64,000 nucleotides of DNA. It comes from an uncultured Bacilli bacterium. GTDB lineage: Bacteria > Bacillota_I > Bacilli_A > RF39 > UBA660. The notes under the pieces are model-generated. The model was not told where the DNA came from, ran no database searches, and worked only from the letters and a program-made list of their open reading frames with translations. Every line of letters begins with the position of its first letter. The stretch's first letter is position 1. The DNA lies in contig CANQON010000002.1 of the NCBI GenBank assembly GCA_947625505.1, positions 73,984-137,983 of the forward strand, written 5' to 3'. The translations under genes and the position numbers were made by a program. Positions 9,229 through 17,190 of the stretch are shown here, piece by piece.

Positions 9229-10023
9229 ATGAAAGAGAAAGAGAAAAAAGATTCTAATTATGGGATATTAGTTCTTTTTCTAATTTTAATAGGAGCTCTA
9301 TGCTTTTTCTTCTATTATCAAATAGTAAATAAACAAAATGATGAAGAAGAAAAAGAAGAACAAGCATCACGTGTTATAACTGATGAAGAAATGCAACAAT
9401 TTATCGATTATATTCATTTAACATATGAAGAAGAAAGTGTTATGACAAAAGAAGATATTGAAGGTATGGAAGAAGGACTTAAAGTTGCTAATTTCTCTAA
9501 TAAATTAAAAATATCCTATGGTATTAAAAATCATGATAAAAAAGATTATGGTACCGAAGATAATTATGTAAATAAGCCTATTAAAGATGCTTCAGGATAT
9601 GTATATAGTGGTAAATATATTAAAGCATCATTTGTTCAAGATCAATTAGATCATATTACAGGCCCTATGAAGTATACTAATGAAACAATTAATTTACCTA
9701 ATATTAAATATATCTATGTAAGTAATCTTGATGCTTATCGTCTTTATGAAAAAGAAGTAACAAATCCTCTTAAAGTTACTTATTATTCATCAAAATATGA
9801 TGATGATCATATTTATATAACAGAATATGTAGCTTATACAGTAGAAGATAATGAAGGCTTTAAAACAAGTTATACAAGACATCAAGAATTACTACCTATT
9901 GGTATTACAGAAGGTAATATTGAGGAAAACTTAGATTTAGTAGATAAATATTTATATACTTTTGACTACAATGTTAATGTAAACAGATACTTCTTAAGTG
10001 AAATTAAATATCTTAAAGAATAA
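9229..10023 (+). CDS. N-terminally membrane-anchored protein of unknown function (paralog of 8429..9217)
   Basis: Same architecture as the previous ORF: TM helix (ILVLFLILIGALCFFFYYQIV), an EEEKEEQ linker, and the motifs TEYVAYT and YLYTF. Confidence 0.6.
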   Translation: MKEKEKKDSNYGILVLFLILIGALCFFFYYQIVNKQNDEEEKEEQASRVITDEEMQQFIDYIHLTYEEESVMTKEDIEGMEEGLKVANFSNKLKISYGIKNHDKKDYGTEDNYVNKPIKDASGYVYSGKYIKASFVQDQLDHITGPMKYTNETINLPNIKYIYVSNLDAYRLYEKEVTNPLKVTYYSSKYDDDHIYITEYVAYTVEDNEGFKTSYTRHQELLPIGITEGNIEENLDLVDKYLYTFDYNVNVNRYFLSEIKYLKE

Positions 10024-10045
10024 ACTTGTGTTTATTCTTTTTTTG
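10018..10045 (+). terminator. Rho-independent terminator
   Basis: Stem GAATAAAC / GTTTATTC with loop TTGT, followed by T7. Confidence 0.7.
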
Positions 10046-10072
10046 TTGCATATATTTAAATGGGAGGTATTT

Positions 10073-11275
10073 ATGTTTAAAAAGATATTTAAAAATTATC
10101 GTTTTCCTATAATTTTATTAATATCAATTATTATAGGTAGTATCATTGGAATAATTTTTAAAGATAAAGCAAATGTTCTTGAACCATTAGGGCAAGTATT
10201 TATAAATATGCTATTTGTTATTGTTGTACCATTAGTCTTTACAACGATAAGTTCTAGCATAGCTAATATGGGTAGTTTAAAAAGATTAGGTAAGATCTTT
10301 AAAAACATGATCTTTATATTTATTATTACTAGTTTAATAGCAAGTGTATTTATGTTAATAGGGGTTTTAATATTTAAACCTACAGGTATTGTAGAAAATG
10401 GCGAATATGTTAAAGAAAGTATTGATTTAGGCAGTAAAATTGTTGAAATGATTACTGTACCTGATTTCTATCATTTATTATCTAAAAGTAATATGTTACC
10501 CCTTATTATCTTTACTATATTATTTGGTTTTTGTGTTCGTTTATGTGGTGAAGAAGCAAAAGGGGTAGCTAAAGTATTAACTAGTTTATCCAAAGTAATG
10601 TTAAAAATGATTAATGTTATTATGTGGTATGCGCCAATCGGATTATGTGCTTATTTTGCAACTCTTGTTGGTACTTATGGGCCTGAATTAATAGGTAGTT
10701 ATGCTAAAAGCTTTATTTTATACTTAGTTATGAGTATTTTATATTATGTTATATTCTATTCTTTATATGCTTATTTAGCTTATAAAAAGAAAGGTGTTAA
10801 AGTCTTTTATAAAAATATTTTATTATCAACGATTACATCATTAGGTACTTGTTCATCACTAGCTAGTTTACCTGCTAATATAAGTACATGTGATAATATG
10901 GATTTACCTAAAGATGTAAGTGAAGTAGTATTACCTATAGGTGCAACTATCCATATGGAAGGTTCTAGTATGGCATCTATTTTAAAAATAGCTTTTCTAT
11001 TTAGTATATTTGGACGTAGTTTTACAGGTATTAATGATATCTTAATTGCTTTATTAGTCGCTATCTTAAGTGGCGTTGTTATGTCAGGTATTCCAGGTGG
11101 TGGTTTAATAGGAGAAATGTTAATAGTATCTTTATATAGTTTTCCTAGTATTGCTTTTCCTATGATTGCAACTATTGGTTGGTTAGTAGATGCTCCTGCT
11201 ACATGCTTAAATGTGGTAGGAGATATACCTAGTACAATGTTAATATCAAGACTGGTTGATGAAGAAAGTAGATAA
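10073..11275 (+). CDS. Dicarboxylate/amino acid:cation symporter (DAACS) family transporter
   Basis: Track ORF is 9998..11275. I prefer ATG 10073 (GGGAGG RBS 10062-10067). Polytopic membrane protein with the family motifs SSLASLP, IGATIHMEGS and DAPATCLNVVGD. Confidence 0.8.
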   Translation: MFKKIFKNYRFPIILLISIIIGSIIGIIFKDKANVLEPLGQVFINMLFVIVVPLVFTTISSSIANMGSLKRLGKIFKNMIFIFIITSLIASVFMLIGVLIFKPTGIVENGEYVKESIDLGSKIVEMITVPDFYHLLSKSNMLPLIIFTILFGFCVRLCGEEAKGVAKVLTSLSKVMLKMINVIMWYAPIGLCAYFATLVGTYGPELIGSYAKSFILYLVMSILYYVIFYSLYAYLAYKKKGVKVFYKNILLSTITSLGTCSSLASLPANISTCDNMDLPKDVSEVVLPIGATIHMEGSSMASILKIAFLFSIFGRSFTGINDILIALLVAILSGVVMSGIPGGGLIGEMLIVSLYSFPSIAFPMIATIGWLVDAPATCLNVVGDIPSTMLISRLVDEESR

Positions 11276-11356
11276 TTCTACTTTTTTTATTTTTTTATCA
11301 TAAAAAAAGGAAATGAGAAAGTTATCAATAATAATATAGTAGAAGGGAGTGATACC

Positions 11357-12208
11357 ATGAAATGGTATTCGGGTCGTTATGACAGAGCTTTTAAAGAGGT
11401 CATGTTAAAAGAATCTAATCAAGATATCTTAAAATCATTGTTAGAGAAAATCCTTAATCTACAAATTAGTTCTATGCGTATTTTAAATAATGAACGTTTA
11501 AGAGATAATGTTCATATAAAAGGACAAAGGCTTGATCTTATCTTAGATACTAATATTGGTAAAATTAATGTTGAAGTTAACTCAAGCTATAAAGATTACG
11601 TTAGATATCGTAATACAGCCTATCTATGTGATATCTATGCTCATGATATTTTAGTAGGACATAACTATGATGGGAATATGAAATATATTCAAATAAACTT
11701 ATCATATGATTTAGGATATAATAGTGGAAGTATCAATATATATAAAATAAAAAATGAAGAAGATAAGACATATATCGATAACTTTATCATTTATGATGTA
11801 AACATGGATTATTATATGAACTTATGGTATACTAAAAGTGAAGAGATAAAAGATAATGTCATGTTAGTAATGATAGGATTAGAGAAAGAAGAACTAACAA
11901 AGTTATCGAAAAAAGATAGGATGGTATCACGATATATGAGCGAATTAAATAAAGTAAATGAAGAACCAGAGTTTAGAGAATACATGAGTTACGAAGAAGA
12001 TCAAAGAAAGATAAGGAATAGCTTAATAGCTGAAAGTAGAGCTGAAGGCCTTGAAGAAGGACACGAAAAAGGTCTTGAAGAAGGAAAGAATGAGCGTAAT
12101 AAAGAGATAGCTAAAAAATTACTTGAAAAAGGTATGGCAATTGATTTTATAATGGATACGACAAACATGACTGAAGAAGAGATTCTAAAATTAAAGGAAG
12201 AGAACTAA
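11357..12208 (+). CDS. Rpn-family / PD-(D/E)XK nuclease 'transposase-like' protein
   Basis: N-terminus D-R-A-FKEVM...ILKSLLEKIL. Nuclease core RLDLILDT...INVEVN...RYRNTAYLCDIY. Characteristic C-terminal EG-repeat helix plus tail (AEGLEEGHEKGLEEGKNERNKEIAKKLLEKGMAIDFIMDTTNMTEEEI). Confidence 0.65.
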   Translation: MKWYSGRYDRAFKEVMLKESNQDILKSLLEKILNLQISSMRILNNERLRDNVHIKGQRLDLILDTNIGKINVEVNSSYKDYVRYRNTAYLCDIYAHDILVGHNYDGNMKYIQINLSYDLGYNSGSINIYKIKNEEDKTYIDNFIIYDVNMDYYMNLWYTKSEEIKDNVMLVMIGLEKEELTKLSKKDRMVSRYMSELNKVNEEPEFREYMSYEEDQRKIRNSLIAESRAEGLEEGHEKGLEEGKNERNKEIAKKLLEKGMAIDFIMDTTNMTEEEILKLKEEN

Positions 12209-12226
12209 ATATTTTAGTTCTTTTTG
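12202..12226 (+). terminator. Rho-independent terminator
   Basis: Stem GAACTAAA / TTTAGTTC with loop TAT, followed by T5. Overlaps the stop codon. Confidence 0.7.
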
Positions 12227-12245
12227 ATATTTATAAAAAAGTAAT

Positions 12246-12274
12246 TTGACTTTTAAAAACATTTGTAGTATTAT
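12246..12274 (+). promoter_or_regulatory. Sigma-A-type promoter for the leader and ABC/GNAT operon
   Basis: TTGACT (12246-12251), 17-nt spacer, TATTAT (12269-12274). Confidence 0.55.
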
Positions 12275-12286
12275 CTTTGATGTCGA

Positions 12287-12384
12287 GTGAGTATGTATAA
12301 GATTTTTCGAGCTACATAGGGTTAATAACTTACACGTTGTATTAAAACACGGAGTCACTATTAATAGTACTTCGTGTTTTTTTG
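12287..12384 (+). ncRNA. Unclassified structured leader element, copy 1 (aptamer-like hairpins plus intrinsic terminator)
   Basis: GTGAGTATGTATAAG...CGAGCTACATA forms hairpin TATGTA/TACATA. A second hairpin is GGTT-AAT-AACT. Then ACACG, followed by the terminator ACACGGAGT...ACTTCGTGT and T7. Local G+C island. Confidence 0.6.
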
Positions 12385-12419
12385 TTTTGGAATTACTATT
12401 ACGACACTTAATATTTTAG

Positions 12420-12512
12420 GTGAGTATGTATAAGTTTTACGAGCTACATAAGGGATTGCACCCTACACGTTTACACGGAGTCACATTATGCAATAGCGAC
12501 TTCGTGTTTTTT
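12420..12512 (+). ncRNA. Unclassified structured leader element, copy 2 (aptamer-like hairpins plus intrinsic terminator)
   Basis: Same conserved blocks as copy 1. The second hairpin has a different sequence but is still paired (AGGG-ATTGCA-CCCT). Terminator ACACGGAGTC...GACTTCGTGT followed by T6. Confidence 0.6.
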
Positions 12513-12555
12513 CGTATATTTTATAGTATAATTAAAAAGAATAGGAGGATGAAAG

Positions 12556-13539
12556 ATGAATGAGAAAGCTATTATTGTAAAGAACTTATCTAAAACTTTT
12601 AGAGTTAAAGAAAAAGAAAAAGGCTTCAAAGGGAGTATAAAAAGTATTTTTAAAACGAAATATCGTGAAATAAAAGCTGTTAATGATTTATCTTTTGATG
12701 TTGATAAAGGTGAGATATTAGCTTTTATAGGACCTAATGGAGCAGGAAAAAGTACAACTATTAAAATGCTTACAGGAATATTATTCCCAGATCAAGGAAC
12801 AGTAGAAGTAATGGGAATAGATCCTAAAAAGAAGCGTAAAAAACTAGCTTATGAAATTGGTACAGTATTTGGACAAAAAGAACAATTATGGACCCATTTA
12901 ACACCTTATGATAACTTTAAATTCTTTGGCGCTATATATGATATCGACGATTATACAGTTGAAAAAAGAATTAAAGAATTAAAGGATATGTTTGAATTAG
13001 ATGAATTCATTAATACACCTGTCCGTAATTTGTCTTTAGGTCAAAGAATTAGATGTGAAATTGTAGCTTCCTTAATACATAAACCTAAAATATTATTCTT
13101 AGATGAACCTACGATTGGATTAGATCCTGTTGTTAAAGAAAATATTCGTACCCTTATTAAAAGAATGAATAAAGAATATCATACAACAGTCTTTTTAACT
13201 AGTCATGATGTAGGTGATATCGAAAAGTTATGTAAAAGAATTATTATTGTTAATCATGGACAAATAGTTTTAGATGACTCTATGGAAAACTTAAAGTATC
13301 ATTATTTAAATAAAAAAATCGTTGAAGCTAAAATGAAAGAAAAAGTTAATTTAAATGATGAAGATGGTATTACTATTTTAAAAGACAAAGGTTATAACTT
13401 AAAAATAGAAGTAGATACAACGAAACGTAGTGTCGGTGACGCTATTAAATTATTAAATCCTAATAATATTATTGATATTAATATATCTAATATTCCTTTA
13501 GAGGATATTATTAGTGATATTTATAAGAGGGATAAATAA
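12556..13539 (+). CDS. ABC transporter ATP-binding protein
   Basis: Walker A GPNGAGKST, signature LSLGQR, Walker B ILFLDEPT. AGGAGG RBS. Confidence 0.9.
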   Translation: MNEKAIIVKNLSKTFRVKEKEKGFKGSIKSIFKTKYREIKAVNDLSFDVDKGEILAFIGPNGAGKSTTIKMLTGILFPDQGTVEVMGIDPKKKRKKLAYEIGTVFGQKEQLWTHLTPYDNFKFFGAIYDIDDYTVEKRIKELKDMFELDEFINTPVRNLSLGQRIRCEIVASLIHKPKILFLDEPTIGLDPVVKENIRTLIKRMNKEYHTTVFLTSHDVGDIEKLCKRIIIVNHGQIVLDDSMENLKYHYLNKKIVEAKMKEKVNLNDEDGITILKDKGYNLKIEVDTTKRSVGDAIKLLNPNNIIDINISNIPLEDIISDIYKRDK

Positions 13540-14330
13540 TGCGTAAATACTTATATATATTTAAATCAGAAGTTATGACGAATATGCAATATATCTTTAA
13601 TCTATTAGTAGGTTTTATTAGTTATTTTATCTTAATCTTTATCTTCTTAAATCTATGGAAATACATTTATAGTGATTCTAATGAATTAATTAATGGCTAT
13701 AATATGAATCAAATGATATGGTATGTTATTATTACAGAAATATTATGGATGAGTTTAGGAGGACGTAAATTATGTCGTAAGATATGTGAAGATGTAAGAG
13801 GGGGAAACATTGCTTATAATATTAATAAACCTTATAGTTATATCGGATATATTTTATCTAGTCATTTAGGTAGTGTTGTTGTTAAAGGAAGTATATTTAC
13901 TATTTTAGGTATGTTATTAGGCCTTATCTTCTTAGGTAAGTTTCCTCATTTAACATTATTTAGTATTATCATAGTTTTAATTACCTCTCTTTTAGCAACT
14001 ATTATTAATACTTTATTTGTTATTTTTATTGGATTATTTTCTTTTATTATTGAAGATGCTAACCCATTCTGGTGGTTATATAGTAAAGTAATTTTAGTAT
14101 TTGGTACTTTATTTCCAATTGAGTATTTTCCAGGTATTATTAAAACAATCTTAAGTTATAGTCCAATATATGCTGTATCATATGGACCTGCTAAACTATT
14201 TGTTGACTTTAGTATTCCAAATATGGTTAATGTTATAATTGTTCAAATTATTTACTTAATAATTATTTATGTATTATGTTTATTAATATATAGGAAAGGG
14301 GTGAGAAAATTAAATGTTAACGGTGGTTAA
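13539..14330 (+). CDS. ABC-2-type permease (first of two)
   Basis: Polytopic membrane protein. Its start codon abuts the ATPase gene's stop codon. Confidence 0.75.
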   Translation: MRKYLYIFKSEVMTNMQYIFNLLVGFISYFILIFIFLNLWKYIYSDSNELINGYNMNQMIWYVIITEILWMSLGGRKLCRKICEDVRGGNIAYNINKPYSYIGYILSSHLGSVVVKGSIFTILGMLLGLIFLGKFPHLTLFSIIIVLITSLLATIINTLFVIFIGLFSFIIEDANPFWWLYSKVILVFGTLFPIEYFPGIIKTILSYSPIYAVSYGPAKLFVDFSIPNMVNVIIVQIIYLIIIYVLCLLIYRKGVRKLNVNGG

Positions 14331-15117
14331 AAATATCAAGAATCAACTTAAAGTATCTTTTTTAACAGTTAAATATGCATTGATAAGAGAAATGATTAAT
14401 AAGACAACCTTCTTAACTAATATTACTTTTATGATTTTAAATGATGCTAGTTTTATATTACAATGGATTGTATTATATGCTCTTAAAGATAATGTTGGAG
14501 GATATACTTTTAATCAAGTATTACTATTATGGGGTATAGCTGCTGGTACTTATGGATTTTCTCATTTCTTCTTTGAAAGTGCTTTTAACTTATCAGATAC
14601 AATTAATAATGGTAAACTAGATGCTTTCTTAGTTCAACCTAAAAATGTTTTAATTTCTACTATTACAATGAGTATTAGTGCATCGGCTATAGGTGATTTA
14701 GCGTATGCTTATATTATGTTATTTGTATTCGGGTTTACAATTAAAAATTTCTTATTATTTACTTTATTTTGTTTTACAGGTAGTTTAATTATAGTTAGTA
14801 TAGCTATTATCTTAGGTAGTTTATCTTTCTGGTTTAATAAATCTGATGTAATAGCTGATACAGGTAATAGCTTATTAACTAACTTTGCAACATATCCTGA
14901 TGGAATATTTAAAGGTATTACTAAAATATTATTTTATACCATTCTTCCTTTAGGTTATGTAGCTTATATGCCTGTTCAAATATTATCAAGTTTTAATATC
15001 AAATTATTTATACTTGTTATAAGTATAACCATTATGTTTATTACTTTAGCAGTCATTACATTCTATAGAGGATTAAGAAGATATTCATCTTCTAACTTAA
15101 TGATAGCTAGAACTTAA
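14314..15117 (+). CDS. ABC-2-type permease (second of two)
   Basis: Polytopic membrane protein. Overlaps the upstream permease gene by 17 nt. Confidence 0.75.
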   Translation: MLTVVKNIKNQLKVSFLTVKYALIREMINKTTFLTNITFMILNDASFILQWIVLYALKDNVGGYTFNQVLLLWGIAAGTYGFSHFFFESAFNLSDTINNGKLDAFLVQPKNVLISTITMSISASAIGDLAYAYIMLFVFGFTIKNFLLFTLFCFTGSLIIVSIAIILGSLSFWFNKSDVIADTGNSLLTNFATYPDGIFKGITKILFYTILPLGYVAYMPVQILSSFNIKLFILVISITIMFITLAVITFYRGLRRYSSSNLMIART

Positions 15118-15143
15118 ATAATATATAAAAAGGGGGTGATTAT

Positions 15144-15965
15144 ATGTCGAGAGTTAATGTTAACTCAAAAGTTTTTAAGACAGAAGCTTATTTAAAAGAT
15201 CAATATAAATTTTCTTTAGTTAAACAAAATTTAGCTAGTGCAGAAGTACTTCTATATAGTGATGATGAGAATTATCTTTTGTGTCGTGGTAATGAAAAAT
15301 ATCCAACATGGGTATGGACTAAAGATCATCTTTCAAAAGATAAATATTTAGAAGTTATGGAATCGATGAAATATTATTTAACTAATAGAGAAAAAGATAA
15401 ATTTACTTGTAAAAAAGAATTTTATGATTTTTTAGTTCAAGAAAATTATACATATTTAAATCTAGAAGATTATTTTGAAATGGGCTTTTTAAGATGTTAT
15501 CAAGTTAAAGAGCCTAAAACGTGTGATGGCTATTTAGATCATGCTTTAGAAAGTGATTTAGATCTTTTAGCGCAGTATTGGTATCAATCTAATCAAGAAA
15601 TGGGAGTAGAAACAAAAACATATGAAGAAGCATATGAAGAAATGAAAGATTTATATTTAGATGATACATTTTATGTATGGCGTAATAGTAAACATGAGGT
15701 AGTTAGTATGGCGTGCTACCGAGTAACAGAAGATGTCGCAAAAGTAGGACATGTTTTTACTAGTAAAGAAGAAAGAGGAAAAGGATATGCGGCTAATTTG
15801 GTTTATGCTTTAACTAAGTTATTATTAGAATATAATTATGTTCCATTACTATATACCGATTTACATTATCCAGCATCTAATAAAGCATATCAAAATGTTG
15901 GTTATGAAGATGAAGGAATGTTAGTTAACTTTTCTTGTTCGAAAGTTAAAAAAGATAGGAGGTAA
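15144..15965 (+). CDS. GNAT-family N-acetyltransferase with an N-terminal extra domain
   Basis: Acetyl-CoA loop EERGKGYAANLVYALTKLLL in the C-terminal half. GGGGGTGA RBS. Confidence 0.65.
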   Translation: MSRVNVNSKVFKTEAYLKDQYKFSLVKQNLASAEVLLYSDDENYLLCRGNEKYPTWVWTKDHLSKDKYLEVMESMKYYLTNREKDKFTCKKEFYDFLVQENYTYLNLEDYFEMGFLRCYQVKEPKTCDGYLDHALESDLDLLAQYWYQSNQEMGVETKTYEEAYEEMKDLYLDDTFYVWRNSKHEVVSMACYRVTEDVAKVGHVFTSKEERGKGYAANLVYALTKLLLEYNYVPLLYTDLHYPASNKAYQNVGYEDEGMLVNFSCSKVKKDRR

Positions 15966-15967
15966 CT

Positions 15968-16561
15968 ATGGATAGATTAAATTTAGTAACACCAACACTA
16001 GAATATAAAGATGCAGCCATTGATTATATCAATGAGTTTATTAAGTATAATTCTGATATTAATGGTGTTGGAGGTTTAAATAGATATTTAGATGATTATG
16101 AGGGTTGGTTAGTTAAAATAGAAGAAGATAAAAATAGAATTCCAACGGAAGAAAAAGTACCCGCTTTAACTTATTTCTTAGTTAGAGAAAGTGATAATCG
16201 GATAGTTGGAATGATTAATATTCGTTTAGCATTAAATGAAAAGTTAAGGAAGGGTAGTGGACATATAGGTTATTCGATTAGACCTACTGAAAGAAGAAAA
16301 GGGTATAATAAAATAAATTTATATTTAGGATTAAAAGTATGCTTAGAACATGGCATTAAAGAAGTTATTATGGATTGCGATAAATCGAATATTGCATCTG
16401 CTAAAACAATGCTTGCTTTTGGAGCACACTTAGATCGTGAAGATTATATAGATTCTGATGGTGACTTAGTACAACACTATACAATTGATACTGAAAAAGC
16501 TATTAATGATAGCAAAGATATATATGAATCTGATAACAAAGTAAAGAAGGTGAAACAATGA
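15968..16561 (+). CDS. GNAT-family N-acetyltransferase
   Basis: Motif TERRKGYNKINLYLGLKVCLEHG. Starts 2 nt after the upstream stop codon. Confidence 0.65.
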   Translation: MDRLNLVTPTLEYKDAAIDYINEFIKYNSDINGVGGLNRYLDDYEGWLVKIEEDKNRIPTEEKVPALTYFLVRESDNRIVGMINIRLALNEKLRKGSGHIGYSIRPTERRKGYNKINLYLGLKVCLEHGIKEVIMDCDKSNIASAKTMLAFGAHLDREDYIDSDGDLVQHYTIDTEKAINDSKDIYESDNKVKKVKQ

Positions 16562-17100
16562 AATATTATCATAAGATAGATGGTGAAAAGATATATCTAT
16601 CACCTGTTAATATGGAAGATATTGATAAATATACTAAATGGTTTAATGATTTTGAAGTAACTAAAGGAGTACATGCTACACAAAAGTTAGTTAATCAAGA
16701 ACAAGAAAAAGAATCTTTAGAACAATTATTATTAAAAAGTCCTTATACATTTGCTATTGTAAGAAAAGATAATGATGAATTAATCGGTAACTGTAGTTTA
16801 AATAAAGTTAATTTTTTAGATGGTACGGCTACAATTGGAATCTTTATAGGAGAAGAAGAGAATCGTAATAAAGGTTATGGAACAGATACAATTAGAACTT
16901 TACTTAAGTATGGCTTTGATATCATTAATTTGCATAATATTGATTTAAAAGTTTTCTCTTTTAATGAAGGTGCTATTAAATGTTATCAAAAAGCAGGATT
17001 AAAAGAGTATGGCAGAAAGCATGAATGTTATTATTTAAATAATAAATATTATGATGAAATATATATGGAAATATTACGTGATGATTTCTATAATAATTAA
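16558..17100 (+). CDS. GNAT-family N-acetyltransferase (RimJ/RimL-like)
   Basis: Motif ENRNKGYGTDTIRTLLKYGF. ATGA start/stop overlap with the upstream gene. Confidence 0.7.
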   Translation: MKYYHKIDGEKIYLSPVNMEDIDKYTKWFNDFEVTKGVHATQKLVNQEQEKESLEQLLLKSPYTFAIVRKDNDELIGNCSLNKVNFLDGTATIGIFIGEEENRNKGYGTDTIRTLLKYGFDIINLHNIDLKVFSFNEGAIKCYQKAGLKEYGRKHECYYLNNKYYDEIYMEILRDDFYNN

Positions 17101-17108
17101 AACAAAAA

Positions 17109-17135
17109 TAAGGCACATAATGTGCCTTTTTATTT
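17109..17135 (+). terminator. Rho-independent terminator ending the ABC/GNAT operon
   Basis: Stem AGGCACA / TGTGCCT with loop TAA, followed by a T-run. Confidence 0.7.
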
Positions 17136-17190
17136 GACTTTGTAGTTATAAAATGCTACTATAAAAATGTTGGAACGTTTAGGGGGCAAA

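Noticed and set aside
11290-12230. The Rpn-like gene considered as a mobile element or IS.
   Set aside because: I could find no terminal inverted repeats or target-site duplication around the gene. The flanks are ordinary terminators and promoters.
12293-12319. Short leader-peptide ORFs in the tandem leader: MYKIFRAT in copy 1, and an ATG at 12426 in copy 2.
   Set aside because: A 1-nt indel between the copies changes the frame after codon 3, so no peptide is conserved. The SD-like GGTGAG is only 1-2 nt from the ATG. Conserved pairing favours an RNA-structure explanation.
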